Part shown: in pieces, positions 38,371-51,543 of the stretch | Layout: every line of letters begins with the position of its first letter | Numbering within the stretch: position 1 is the stretch's first letter | DNA from: Octopus bimaculoides | Taxonomy: Eukaryota | Assembly: GCF_001194135.2 (NCBI RefSeq) | Contig: NC_068995.1 | Location: 20,778,679-20,842,678 of the forward strand | Length of the DNA: 64,000 bases | Direction: 5' to 3' | Translations under genes and position numbers: made by a program | The notes under the pieces: generated by a model | What the model was told of the DNA's origin: nothing | Databases searched by the model: none | What the model saw: the letters and a program-made list of their open reading frames with translations, nothing else

Positions 38371-38509
38371 TATTAGGAGTAGTTCTAACATTAGTTGTTG
38401 TTGCTGTTGATGTTTTTGTTGTACTAATTGTAGAAGCCTTTGCGATTGTAGAAATATTATGCGTGTTACTACTTTTATTAGTAGAATAGCTGTGGAATTA
38501 TTATTATTC

Positions 38510-38703
38510 TTGTCAGGATGTGGGGAAAATGTTTTGTGGTTTTTCTCCCGCTTCTTAATGCTTTGAGTTCAAATCCCACCAGGTCGACTTTGCTTTTCAT
38601 GCATTCTGATTCAATAAATTAAGTACCAGTTGAACACTGGTGTTGATGCAGTCGAACTGCCTCCCCCACCTGAAATTGCTAGCCTTCTGCTCAAATTTGA
38701 AAC

Positions 38704-38705
<2 letters not shown>
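38510..38705 (+). mobile_element. SINE family A, degenerate
   Basis: gagttcaaatcccaccaggtcgactttgcttttcat..taagtaccagttgaacactgg..caaatttgaaac. Confidence 0.75.
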
Positions 38706-38783
<78 letters not shown>

Positions 38784-38789
38784 TTATCA

Positions 38790-39790
38790 TTATTATTATT
38801 ACACACAACAGATAAAACTGTTGGAAAAGAAAAAATCTTAACATCGGGCTACAGCAAGTAACCATAGATGCCAAGAACCCCACTAAGTATCTTAGCTGTC
38901 CCTAATAACACTGTTTTCTGTAGCTGTACTAGGGTTTTATGCCTATTTTCTCTATCCAGCTGTTCAGATCTTTAGGGATAGTTCCCAATGCAGCTATAAC
39001 TACTGGGAATATATTCTACCCGCATTTTCCATACTCTATGTACTTCAATGGTGAGGTCTTGGTACTTTGCTATTTTTCTATACCGATCATATTAATTCTT
39101 TCATCATTTGGGACAGTAAAGTCAATTATCTGTCACTTTTTATTCTCTTTATCTACTACTACCAAATCAGGCCTTCTAGCCTGTTAAAGTTCCACAACAT
39201 CTTGTATTTCTTACTTTCTAGTACTTTACTGGGTTCACGTTCATACCATTTATCGGTATGTTCAGATCCTAGCTTTCTACATAACTCCTAGTGGATTACT
39301 CTCCCTAGATTTTCATGTCTTTCTGTGCTAGCATGCTGCATTCACTTACTATATGAGTAACGCTTTCCTTTTTTCATTTGCATAACCTACATTGGGAATT
39401 TAGTCGGATTGTGTCTATCTTGGCTTTTATCCAATTAGTCCTTAATGCTCGATCTTATGCAGATTGTAACAAACTTACTGTTTCCCTTTTAAGTTTTCCT
39501 TTCTGCAACTATAACCATGTCTCAGTACTACTATTTTCTGCAACTGTCTTTGGCAATCTACCACGCAAAGCCTTCTTCTGCCAGTCAGATAATTTTTGTT
39601 CTCTTTTTTTGTTTTGTTTTCCTGTGTCTTGCTGTGACTCTAGCAGCTTTTAATAAACTTTCTTCACTATTACCTACATAGTATCTATATCTACTCTAGC
39701 TAACTTCACACAGTCTTCTACTGATATTAACTCTCTTCTGCCTTCCATTCAAGGTAAGTATAATCTTGCTACTCCTTGGGTGGGGTCCTT
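38790..39790 (-). mobile_element. RLE-type LINE (R4/Dong-like) 3' 1 kb, decayed
   Basis: Zinc knuckle CRLCK*KRESVTHIVSEC and RLE motif RRPDLVVVDKENKK*QIIDFTVP..KYQDL; the 3' end abuts the (ATT)n tract at 38704-38790. Confidence 0.85.
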
Positions 39791-39926
39791 CATTCGTACT
39801 GAATTCCTTCATAGTTCTTCTGTCTAGCTTTGTTAATTCAGTTTTTGTCCAAGTTACAAAAACTGCTGAGTATCTTAGTATTATTGTTATAATTACTATT
39901 ATTACTATTCATCGTCGTAAAAGAAG

Positions 39927-40015
39927 AAAAGAAGAAGAAGAAGAAGAAGAAGAAGAAGAAGAAGAAGAAGAAGAAGAAGAAGAAGAAGAAGAAGAAGAAG
40001 AAGAAGAAGAAGAAG
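39927..40015. repeat. (GAA)n microsatellite
   Basis: Direct reading. Confidence 0.95.
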
Positions 40016-40476
40016 ATTTTGTAACGGTAGAAATAGCTATGCCAGTGATACTAAGTAAAGTAGTAGTGCTTTTACAAGCTGTAGTCATCGAAGTGCTTGT
40101 CGTAGTAGCAGTTGCAGTGTTTGTTGCTGTAGTTGCTGTCGCGGTGAAATTGCGCATACATGAAAGAGAAAATGCATGTTGTGCAATTACACCGACACTA
40201 TAGTATAATGCACGTGCATGCACAAGTGTGTTTAAAAATTAAAATAACGATCACAGAAGAATGTTGTATGCTCATGTGTTTCATAAGTGTGTCACGATTC
40301 CGAACATAAAGCACGTTTAAATGCTGCCTCATTAATGGGATAGCACTATAAAATATTTCTTTAAAGATTTCTTTTCAATTTCCACAGCAGCCATTTTGTT
40401 TTGTTTTTGTAGATGGGGGTGGGTGAATAAAACTATGCAATTGGGCTCCACTAAACTAGTTTTTGTTGTCTGATTA

Positions 40477-40696
40477 CTCTTTACTCTTTTATTCTTTTAC
40501 TTGTTTCAGTCATTTGACTGCGGCCATGCTGGAGCACCGTCTTTTAGTCGAGCAAATCGACCCCAGGACTTATTCTTTGTAAGTCTAGTACTTATTCTAT
40601 CGGTTCTTTTGCTGAACAGCTAAGTTACGGGGACGTAAACACACCAGCATCGGTTGTGAAGCGATGTTGGAGGGACAAACACAGACACACAAACAC

Positions 40697-40744
<48 letters not shown>

Positions 40745-40906
40745 GACGAGCTTCTTTCAGTTTCCGTCTACCAAATCCACTCACAAGGCTTTGGTCGGTC
40801 CGAAGCTATAGTAGAAGACACTTGCCCAAGGTGTCACGCAGTGGGACTGAACCCGGAACCATGTGGTTGGTAAGCAAGCTACTTACCACACAGCCACTCC
40901 TGCGCC
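40477..40906 (-). mobile_element. SINE family B, full-length (about 430 bp), with internal (TG)n and a short-repeat tail
   Basis: Head ggcgcaggagtggctgtgtggtaag, B-box-like gggttcagtccc, tail (taaaag)-type repeats; reference copy for the fragments elsewhere. Confidence 0.9.
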
Positions 40907-41163
40907 TATTGTGAAAGACGTTCCAGCTGTGACCATCCCGTCTTTTTCATCAACACTTTGTATATAGGACAATGTTATTCAACGAGACTGTGTTTTCTGA
41001 GCTGTTAATTCTAGTAGGTTAAGCCACCATATGGAGGCTCCGTCGATGTTTTAATGGTGGTGTTATTTTTGTTGTTTGTATATTATTTTCGGTGCTTTAG
41101 TTACTGATGTTATGACTAATTAGTGATACTATATTTACTGGTATCATATGAACTCCTCCTTCT

Positions 41164-41480
41164 GAAGGCGCGTGGCTTAGTGGCTAGGGTATTCATCTTA
41201 CGATCGAAAAGTTGTGAGTTCGATTACCGACGGTGTATCTTGTCCGTCAAACAAGGTACTATATTCCTTATTTCTCCAGTCCACTCCGCTGGCAAAAATA
41301 AGTTGTGCTCGTAATTCAGCCTTGTCACATTCTGCACCACGCTGAACCTCCCTGAGAACTATGCTTAAAGAACCCGTGCCTCTGGAATACCCAGCCACTT
41401 ACACGTTAATTTCACGAGCACCCTGGTCCATTGATCTGATCAACTGGAACACTCATCGTCGTAACCGACGGAGTGCCAGT
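41164..41480 (+). mobile_element. SINE family C, full-length
   Basis: A box ggcttagtgg, B box gagttcgatt; 3' end ..caactggaac.ctc.tcgtcgtaaccgacggagtgcca shared with 57733-58101. Confidence 0.85.
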
Positions 41481-43689
41481 AGTAAAATGAACCCTATGAT
41501 TGAAGCTATATTTATCGATATTACATTATGCACCTTATAATCATCCTATACTTACTGGAGATATGTTGCATGTCTCCTATTATGAATACTTCATTTAATG
41601 ATGTTATATTACATACTCTATTATTTGTGCTTTGTTTACTAGTGTTATGTCTATCTCCAGTATTGATGTTATTTCATCTCTACTATATTAATTTCTTTCG
41701 CAAGCACATAAATTTACATTTGGAGTTAAGGTACAGTTAATTTCATCGACGCCACTATGAACTCGTACTTCATTTTATCGACTTCGGAAGGATGAAAAAG
41801 TAGGGTTGACTCCGATAGGACTTAAACTCAGAATGAAAATATACGTGAACGTGCGCGCGCACACAACCACACAATAAAAACCTGCCTATCATTTTATTCT
41901 ATTCAATTACTGGTATACTTCAATCTTTCATTCCTTAAAATATAATGCATAGTATAAAATGACTCTGTATACTAAATATATTTACAATCAAATGTATCCC
42001 AATTGGGAAAATAATGATATTCCGAATGCACGGCGCATATCTACCCCACATCTCTCGCTGTTTCACTTTTATATCTTCTTATTTCTCATTCTTCGTCTCT
42101 CGAAATATTTGATGTGGTCTATTAGACATCGCATCTCATACCACCCGCTTCCTGCAAAAGGTTAACTATGTCTGTTTTAATATATAATATACCCAGGACT
42201 ATATTCTCCTTGACACGTATGCCCTATTCTCTTTTAAAGATAGCAAGATGTATTTACTTTCAAAAGTATCACACTATGTATTATTTATCACAGTTTGAAT
42301 GATAAGTTGAGACTCCTCCGTTGGTGAAATGAACGATATTGAAAATAGAATCAGTTGACATCATAATAAGTTTCAGGCATAATAACTGCACTATCGTTCA
42401 TACGATCAGGTGACTACTGAACCGTCATCATACCTATAGACGTCAAATTTTCCCTCATAGCCTATCAGAATATTAAAAGCGCCAAACGATTGTGCCTCTA
42501 TGTGATTCATCGACTTACAAAATATAACTGTCAAATCTTCCTCAAACCATACCATACTGTTTAAAAATACAAGGTTCACTAGAGAATGCTATTCGAGCAA
42601 TATTTTGCCTTTAATAAATAAATTGTTACGATGGCTATGATGAGTGTCTTTTTGATCATAAATCTCTTTGGTCATGATAAACGTAGAACAGAAACCACCT
42701 CGCCCCACCTCTCGTCTATCACTACTATCGGGATAACAAAAGCAACGAGAATTATTCTTCTGTGGTTATATTTCATATTGCTTTATTGTCCCAAATGGAA
42801 GGTCCGGAAATACTCCGAGCAAGTTTCTTTATCAGTCAATGACAAATGTTTACGATTCCCCATTAAAATTTCTGTTGCTTTTGTGTAGATGCAAACAACA
42901 CACGAAGTAATAGACTTGTGATTTAAGACATTCTAATCGGGACTATCTTAACTTTAGTTTCTAGCCGCAGTGCATCTCGGGTCGCGTTATACAACCTACC
43001 CTCCCTACTGTTTTTTCTTTTGAAGATGGTAGGGCGTGATACGAGGAAGATTTAGTTGCTATTTCTGAGAGGTTGACAGAACATGTAGAGAAGTTTGATT
43101 AATTCTCTTTAGAGTATCAAAGTGAATGCTCTACCAAAACATCGATAGTCTTCATCATTATCCGATATGCTGTAACTATCCAGTATTATTTCAAGTGTTA
43201 GCAGGCTGCATTATGTTGACATAATGTTTAATTGTGCTCCGCATAACATTGCCCAGAAAGTCAAGTGGTTGCAACTAATGACCACAAATGATGTTTCAAT
43301 AAATATTGAACTATATCTTAGATTTGTCACTTCTTATCAATGAATCTCTGCATCATGGTAACTGATCCACAATTCCCCTCATAAAATATCCTAGCAACAG
43401 ATTGATATTTTGGAAGTAGGCGATGCCTGACCTTTCCATCAGAATGTCCTCAAACAGATGCCCTTCTCTTTACATACATATCAGTACATATCCCGCGATG
43501 AAAGAGTCATAAAACTGAAACTATCGATATAATTGCTTTACATTTCAAGTAATGTGTTTATTTATGCCGTTTTACAGAAGAAGTTTAGCCATTGGGTTCA
43601 TCTTGTAATTTAAACAAATACTTCATCTATTCCATCTCATAACTCACTTGCCGCTGACAAGAAAAATATTCACAATACAAATTAATAAT

Positions 43690-43769
43690 ACAATTCTATA
43701 TTTAAGCGATGAGGAATTATGTACATTATTTACATTTGACGGATATTTGTCCTCATCTAGTTTGTTGTT
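43690..43769 (-). repeat. Inverted copy of the tail downstream of the HHR at 44391-44434
   Basis: Reverse complement aacaacaaactagatgaggacaaatatccgtcaaatgtaaataatgta matches 44436-44482. Confidence 0.85.
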
Positions 43770-43831
43770 CCGTATTGGTTAAGAGCACGGGATACTAATC
43801 CCAAGATTCCGAGTTCGATTTCAGGCAGTGG

Positions 43832-43836
<5 letters not shown>
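43770..43836 (+). mobile_element. tRNA-like SINE head followed by (TAA)n
   Basis: cgtattggttaagagc (A box/D arm), gggatactaatccc (anticodon-arm-like), gagttcgatt (B box). Confidence 0.65.
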
Positions 43837-43882
<46 letters not shown>

Positions 43883-43898
43883 TAATAATAATAATAAT

Positions 43899-44321
43899 GA
43901 CCACAAATTTGCTTATCAGTTGTTTGACCTTAACCAGTTGAGCATGTCCCTTGGTGGCTGACGATATGTGCATCTCTGATCACGAGCAGAAGTAGTGGGG
44001 GAGCATCATAACCATGTGTTGAGAGGAGTTCTTTGGGGTTTGAATAATTCACCTTTGGAAACATGGGTGTTTTGCTCAACATCCTTAAACAAACCTTATT
44101 CAGGGACCTTTTGAGCGGGATGGGCTACTCAACCTGAAAAAACTTCTAACTGGGCCCCACCTGCGAGGTCATGCGCTGTTTGAGATTACCATGTCACGCA
44201 CATATAGTTGTGATGCATGTGCCTGGTGTACCCTTATCAGACGGGTAGTCATGATGGGTATATTGGGCTTTGTATATTTTACCCCAGTGTCACTTTGATG
44301 GCATGCACTGCTCTCTCACTC
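43899..44321 (+). mobile_element. Unclassified repeat ending in a TAA tail, probably the 3' part of a TAA-targeting LINE nested in the (TAA)n
   Basis: GC-richer block bounded by TAA repeats on both sides; no ORF. Confidence 0.45.
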
Positions 44322-44390
44322 AATAATAATGATAATATAACATCGAAATATACCTTAGGAATGAGAGCCCAGGTAAAAATTTTCCCCAAG

Positions 44391-44434
44391 TCACCTGATT
44401 AAGGCTGGAGGGTACATCAGCCGAAACGTTGTGT
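44391..44434 (+). ncRNA. Type-I minimal hammerhead with a G8 to U substitution (likely inactive copy)
   Basis: CAC CUGAUUA A GGCUG gaggguacau CAGCC GAAA CG UU GUG: 5-bp helix II, ACGU palindromic helix III. Confidence 0.65.
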
Positions 44435-44519
44435 AAACAACAAGCAAGATGAGGACAAATATACGTCAAATGTAAATAATGTAAACAAATTAATAACTTT
44501 GCCCTTTCAAGAGATCATC

Positions 44520-44775
44520 TTACCAGAGCTTTACTCTCATTGAACGCAGCAGCTGCGGGCTGGGCGAGATCTCGTGGCAGGCCCCGAACCAGATAACCGG
44601 ACTTGATTGGGAAAGATCTCCAGAAGCCTTGCGGGATGCAAACTGACTGGCACGGGACTGCTAGCGATGGAGAGCTCTGATGGACATGGTCGACTCTACA
44701 CATGATGACGTCTTTGTCATTACGAACTTGGGATAACTTCAGCGTCATCAAGCAAGTGCATGAAGCAAAGCAAGC
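44520..44775 (+). mobile_element. RTE-clade LINE 3' end
   Basis: RGRPRTR*PDLIGKDLQK..WHGTASDGEL and a (CAAG)-type tail. Confidence 0.65.
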
Positions 44776-45163
44776 NNNNNNNNNNNNNNNNNNNNNNNNN
44801 NNNNNNNNNNNNNNNNNNNNNNNNNNNNNNNNNNNNNNNNNNNNNNNNNNNNNNNNNNNNNNNNNNNNNNNNNNNNNNNNNNNNNNNNNNNNNNNNNNNN
44901 NNNNNNNNNNNNNNNNNNNNNNNNNNNNNNNNNNNNNNNNNNNNNNNNNNNNNNNNNNNNNNNNNNNNNNNNNNNNNNNNNNNNNNNNNNNNNNNNNNNN
45001 NNNNNNNNNNNNNNNNNNNNNNNNNNNNNNNNNNNNNNNNNNNNNNNNNNNNNNNNNNNNNNNNNNNNNNNNNNNNNNNNNNNNNNNNNNNNNNNNNNNN
45101 NNNNNNNNNNNNNNNNNNNNNNNNNNNNNNNNNNNNNNNNNNNNNNNNNNNNNNNNNNNNNNN

Positions 45164-45678
45164 ACTCTCTCTCTCTCTCACTCTCTCTTTCTCTCTCTCT
45201 CTCTCACTCTCTCTTTCTCTCTCTCTCTCTCTTTCTCTCTCTCTCACTCTCTTTCTCTCTCTCTCTCACTCTCTCTTTCTCTCTCTCTCGCTCTCTCTTT
45301 CTCTCTCTCACTCTCTCTTTCTCTCTCGCTCTCTCTTTCTCTCTCTCACTCTCTCTTTCTCTCTTTCCCACTCTCTCTTTCTCTCGCTCTCACTCTCTCT
45401 TTCTCTCTCTCTCACTCTCTCTTTCTCTCTCTCTCACTCTCTCTTTCTCTCTCTCTCACTCTCTCTTTCTTTCTCTCTCACTTTCTCTTTCTCTCTCTCT
45501 CACTCTCTCTTTCTCTCGCTCTCACTCTCTCTTTCTCTCTCTCTCACTCTCTCTTTCTCTCTCTCACTCTCTCTCTCTCACTCTCTCTCACTCTCTCTCT
45601 CCCACCCTCTCTCTCACTCTCTCTTTCTCTCTCTCTCTCTCACACACACACCCTCTTACACATCCAAACTCTCATCCT

Positions 45679-45712
<34 letters not shown>

Positions 45713-45730
45713 CCTCTTTCTCTTTCTCTC
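45164..45730. repeat. Long interrupted (CT)n tract
   Basis: Direct reading. Confidence 0.95.
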
Positions 45731-45924
45731 TCGTCCAGGCACCTTTCCTGCTTATCTTTCATTTACTCGCAATTCTTACCTTTTTCTCTTCTCTTGCTAC
45801 TCCGTTCACTCATTCTTTGCTTCTGACTATCTTTCTCACCTCTTTCACTCTACTCTTTTTTACATTTTACTTACCATCTTCTCCGACTAGTTACGTAGCC
45901 TACACACACGCGCACACACTCATG

Positions 45925-45999
<75 letters not shown>

Positions 46000-46030
46000 A
46001 TATACACTCTCAGGTATCTACACACACACA

Positions 46031-46069
<39 letters not shown>

Positions 46070-46704
46070 ATAGATGCATATATATATATGTATAGGTATA
46101 TATATAAATATACATGTGAATTTACAGCTGCCTGTCTCTCCTTCTCTATCTTGCCGTATAATATTATTTAGATATATAAAATGTGAGTGTGCATAGAGCC
46201 ACATCCACATTCTTAGTCGCACACATATTTATAACATCAATACATACAGTATTTGTTTGTTATGAATTATTTAACCGTGTTCAATGCTAAGAACAAATGA
46301 TTAAAATCTTACCAGGAACGAAAAGACAACAAGAAATAAAACAACAACAAAAACAAGAAAGAAACGAAATAAACAACAAATAAACACACAAACAAAATGA
46401 AACGTTCGTAATCTCTAAATCTATATTTTGAAATTTAAAACATAAAATAACATTAAATATACATAAATAAGGCAATATCTAAAATAAGTAGATGAAAAAA
46501 AAAAAAAAACTGACAAAGGAGAAAAAATATAGCAATAAAATAAAATAAAAATATAAAAGAAGTAACCGGAAGTTTGAAAAATATAGAAGAGAGATAGTTA
46601 TAAAGATAGAGAGTTAGTTGTGATAGTGAAGAGCAGTAAAAGTGCTTTCAGACATTTCTCAACAGCCTACTTCATATTATTTATTAAAAATGTTGCCGTA
46701 CTTG

Positions 46705-46736
<32 letters not shown>

Positions 46737-46785
46737 CTTAACAGTTAAGAAGTTTTGCTTCATAATCGTATATCTTCTACCATAC

Positions 46786-46974
46786 TATATCCTTGGATAA
46801 AAGTCTCGTTTGTGAAATTGGCTTGAAGGAAACTGCGTCAAGCTCTTGGACGATCGCTACTTGTTTTGGGTGGGGTAGTTTCAATTTTTCTCCTGGTCTA
46901 AGTCCGTTACATTGTCCATCGGTACCTTTGAGACAGTCCACACTATACACAAGTTTTCGAACCAGATCTCCAGT
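46786..46974 (-). CDS. Candidate 189-nt phase-0/0 exon or coding relic (TGDLVRKLVYSVDCLKGTDGQCNGLRPGEKLKLPHPKQVAIVQELDAVSFKPISQTRLLSKDI)
   Basis: Open frame in a non-repetitive, GC-richer block; ctcag acceptor with weak pyrimidine tract; gtatgg donor. Confidence 0.2.
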
Positions 46975-47436
46975 CTGAGATTAACCTGGAATCCCGATGG
47001 TATACTTCTTTTGACTTCAATAACCAATTAGTTGTGATTCCTTTTATTCTTCATCACCGTTATTCTCGAAGGCCTACCACGAAAAGTTATGGTTGAAGCC
47101 TTTCCACATCCAAATAAGCAAGAGTGAAAAAAGAAAAAAAAAGAAACCAAGAAAAAAACACTTTTTCTGAAATATGAGACCATGTATTGAGTGATATTTT
47201 TATTGTAATTATTTGGGGATGGATCACCTAATGTTAGAAAATATAGCTTGGTAAACATATTGCCTGTCGCCTGCAGATAATTTATGTAAGTGTTATCTCA
47301 TCGAGCGCATACTATCTTTGTTCTACGTTTGTATACTGATGCATCTTAAGATTGCTCTCTGAGATGTTTATGGCTCAATACGTTGTTGTCTATTTCTAAG
47401 TCATAAACATAAATGATATAACTGCAGTCAATATCT

Positions 47437-47618
47437 GAGAAAGCTAGCAGAGTTGTTAGCACGCTAGGCAAAAGCGCTCAGCGGCGTTCGTCTTTACGTT
47501 CTGAATTCAGCTTCCGTCGAGTCGTTAAAATAAGTACCAGTTGGAGACTTGAGTTGATGTAATTGACATACGCCCTCACCGAAATTTCCGACCATGTGCA
47601 AAATTTTAAAACCAATTT
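47437..47618 (+). mobile_element. SINE family A with internal deletion
   Basis: gctagcagagttgttagcacgc..ctttacgttctga..aaataagtaccagtt. Confidence 0.75.
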
Positions 47619-47969
47619 CTAAAATTTAATTTAATAACTATAGAAACAAATATTATTGTCAGTGGAATTTGAATTTCGTGCAGAATAAATAGGTAAGAGT
47701 CAAATAACGCTATTCAATTTATTTTACTGATTGTAATAGCTTCAGTGTTTAACTGCGCTTATCCCCTCCTTAACTAAATTCTCCCCCACTCCATTCAATT
47801 TACCACGCGTTGCTTTTTAAATACATATTACGCAGTTAGGTAAGGCTAATGAGTTTAAAAAAGAAGAAAAAGGAAGAAAAATGTAATGGATTGTCATATC
47901 TATTTCATTTTAGATATTGTATTTGACCCGCCTTCAAGATTATTTACCGATGCTTACGAGGGTGTACTG

Positions 47970-48008
<39 letters not shown>

Positions 48009-48617
48009 NNNNNNNNNNNNNNNNNNNNNNNNNNNNNNNNNNNNNNNNNNNNNNNNNNNNNNNNNNNNNNNNNNNNNNNNNNNNNNNNNNNNNNNNNNNN
48101 NNNNNNNNNNNNNNNNNNNNNNNNNNNNNNNNNNNNNNNNNNNNNNNNNNNNNNNNNNNNNNNNNNNNNNNNNNNNNNNNNNNNNNNNNNNNNNNNNNNN
48201 NNNNNNNNNNNNNNNNNNNNNNNNNNNNNNNNNNNNNNNNNNNNNNNNNNNNNNNNNNNNNNNNNNNNNNNNNNNNNNNNNNNNNNNNNNNNNNNNNNNN
48301 NNNNNNNNNNNNNNNNNNNNNNNNNNNNNNNNNNNNNNNNNNNNNNNNNNNNNNNNNNNNNNNNNNNNNNNNNNNNNNNNNNNNNNNNNNNNNNNNNNNN
48401 NNNNNNNNNNNNNNNNNNNNNNNNNNNNNNNNNNNNNNNNNNNNNNNNNNNNNNNNNNNNNNNNNNNNNNNNNNNNNNNNNNNNNNNNNNNNNNNNNNNN
48501 NNNNNNNNNNNNNNNNNNNNNNNNNNNNNNNNNNNNNNNNNNNNNNNNNNNNNNNNNNNNNNNNNNNNNNNNNTACATTCATCCATATATGCATATATGT
48601 GTAATACATACATACAT

Positions 48618-48716
<99 letters not shown>

Positions 48717-48851
48717 TACATACATATACATACATGCATACACGCACATATGCATGTATGTATGTCTGAAGGGAAAGGGAGATGGGTAGAAAGAGAAATA
48801 TGGCGACATACGCAATAACAATAAATACATAAAAATATTGCTATAATGGTC

Positions 48852-48900
48852 CTGATGAGACAGTAGCTAATATGATCAGAATTATAACTGTCAATATATA
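48852..48900 (+). other. Hammerhead remnant (GAAA motif damaged)
   Basis: CTGATGA GACAG-24nt-CTGTC then aatatata instead of gaaatatata. Confidence 0.4.
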
Positions 48901-49496
48901 GTAGTCTTTATTTGAATTGTAATATATTTTGATAGTAATGACAAATTTGTCCATATACAATATAAAAACCAATGCATTAATTCTAAAAATTCGTTAATTA
49001 CTTAACAATTATAAAGATAAATACAGTTTCGTATAATTCTTGCTATTAACTATAACTCACGTTCGTAATAATCAGTAAAGCGATGACAACCTGGATACCA
49101 TTTCGCTGAAACTCAGAAAACCTCATCTAAATCTACCAATGAGTGTCACGATAAACATCCATTTATTAGATCAGTTTTCTGTCTAGCAATTGTATATTAT
49201 CGTTTTGTCACGAGGCAAAACGATAAAATTTGCACGTTAGCGTTCATGACCGTATTCAGGGCCACTGATACAGATGGGAGGGAAGGATGAAGATATACTC
49301 AAACGATCTGGCCCGCACACTTGCAACAAACTGGACTCTCTGAAAAGCATGCAAGAACTGGGTACCAGTGTTAATTCTTGAGTTATATGAAGTCTAACAC
49401 CCAACTGAAACACGGTGGGATTTGAATTCAGAATGCACAGAGCCAAAACAGTTGCCGCAAGTCATGGTTTCTCATTCTAGATATATCTCGCTAGTT

Positions 49497-49695
49497 TAAG
49501 ACGGCGAGCTGGTAAAGTCGTTACCGCGCCGGGTAAAATGCTTAGCGGCATTTCGTCTGTCTTTAAGTTTTGAATTTAAATTCCGTCGAGATCGACTTTG
49601 CTTTTCATACTTTTGGGGGACAATAAAATAAGTACCAGTTAAGTACTGAGGTTGATATAAAAGACTTTCTCTCTTTCCCAAAATTTGAAAGCAAT
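49497..49695 (+). mobile_element. SINE family A
   Basis: ggcgagctggtaaagtcgtta..aaaatgcttagcggcatttcgtc..cgactttgcttttcat. Confidence 0.85.
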
Positions 49696-49722
49696 ATAAC
49701 CCGTTATTTCAGCGCTCTGGAC

Positions 49723-49962
49723 CAGTGGTTCCCACTGGGGTCCATATGAAGCTTGGGAGTTTACATAATATTTTGTTGTTATAGATTAGTTATACTTCTA
49801 CAAATTACAAAATATTTTAACAAATATTTTTATACAATTCCTCATAATGTTTAATTATAAAAATACAACAGATTTTTCTAAAGCATCGAATGGCTATGAG
49901 GACCCAGTGGAATAAAACGGTAAACAAAGGATTTCATAGACAAAAATGGCTGAGAAACACTG
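49723..49962. mobile_element. hAT (Charlie-like) MITE, 240 bp
   Basis: TIRs cagtggttccca / tgagaaacactg; 8-bp flanks ctctggac and ctctaaac, each one change from ctctagac (NTCTAGAN Charlie target). Confidence 0.8.
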
Positions 49963-50760
49963 CTCTAAACATATATTTCATTTATTGATGAAAGTCTAAG
50001 TTGACAATGGTAGAAATTGGACCCAGAACATACGAACAAGAATAAATAGCGAGCGGTATTTTTACCGATATTCTAAAGACTCTGCAAACAAACGTGGCAT
50101 AATCTGTTTTACTATAAAATCTGTCTACTATAAAGACGAACAAGTCTGGTATTTTCTAGATTTTAATTTGATGCGAAAACCTTGAGTGTCTGAAGATTAT
50201 GCACTTTCTGTCGAAAAAATCGGGGCAAATGTACCCAAAACACATGGGGTGGGGATAAATATCAAAATTGATTGTGCATCAGACAAAGCTATTTGCTATT
50301 TGCTTGCATGTTTTTTTCATTCAAAGTTGAAATTGCTCACAGTTTCAGCGTCGTTTAAAAATTCCATGTTCAAATAAACTAACTAGTAGTCAGAACTGTG
50401 GGTTAATTTAGCTGACTAAACCAGTCTATAAGATGCTACAGCATGGCCACAACTCAATGGCTATAACCAGTAAAAGAATATAAAAAAATAATTGAGGCAA
50501 TTCTGTTTTATACATTTAAATATTTTGGCGGTGGTAGTGGTGGGTTGGTAACGGCTAAAACCCTCTTAGATTTTCAATTCTTTCCAAACATCAATCATTG
50601 TTAAAGAACAACAGAGTGGAACTCCCAATGGAAATATTCTAAATATATTCCTTGTGATGTTTCTTAATTGAATACACACACATATATACACATGTATGCG
50701 GGTACGCGCTCAGATACACATATACATACTCACACATATATACATGTATATATATAAATA

Positions 50761-50830
<70 letters not shown>

Positions 50831-51052
50831 ACAACAACAACAACAACAACGACAATAATAATAATAATAATTTGGACATATAAGTATAATTCGATTAGTG
50901 TGTTGAGTAGGACATTGATACAGTTTAGGTTACCTGTTGTCATCCGCAGCTGTGGTGCACTTTAGTTGGATTTACTTTTGGAACTCAGCAGTGGCAGTTC
51001 GGGTGATAGTATTAAGTAATAAGAGATGAATTTCGTATGAGACTTTTATTAG

Positions 51053-51097
51053 GTACAACATATGTTTCGATCCATCAGTCTGGGTCTCTTCAGGTAC
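51053..51097 (-). ncRNA. Type-I minimal hammerhead ribozyme, intact core
   Basis: GUAC CUGAAGA GACCC agacugau GGAUC GAAA CAUAUG UU GUAC, followed by ctAATAAAag; one mismatch in helix II. Confidence 0.75.
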
Positions 51098-51323
51098 ATT
51101 GAATAAAAAAGTTCGGAAATGAATAAAAGCAAATAATATCATAGAAACGCAAAAAAAATTCTAATTTGAACGTGGAAATCATGTGTTCCAGTTTAGATAA
51201 AATGACATAATTAACTTACGCTCTCATAACTGCTTAGCGGAAAAAGAAGGTAGAAGGTGAAAGGAAGATTAATACTTAGACACGTAGTTTCATGTTCGTG
51301 CATATATACACACACGGATACAT

Positions 51324-51389
<66 letters not shown>

Positions 51390-51499
51390 GGATACACACA
51401 CACACACACACATATATATATATGTATATATATACATACACATACATATATGGATATACATATATACATAAACTCATATATATAGGTACACATGTGCAT

Positions 51500-51543
<44 letters not shown>

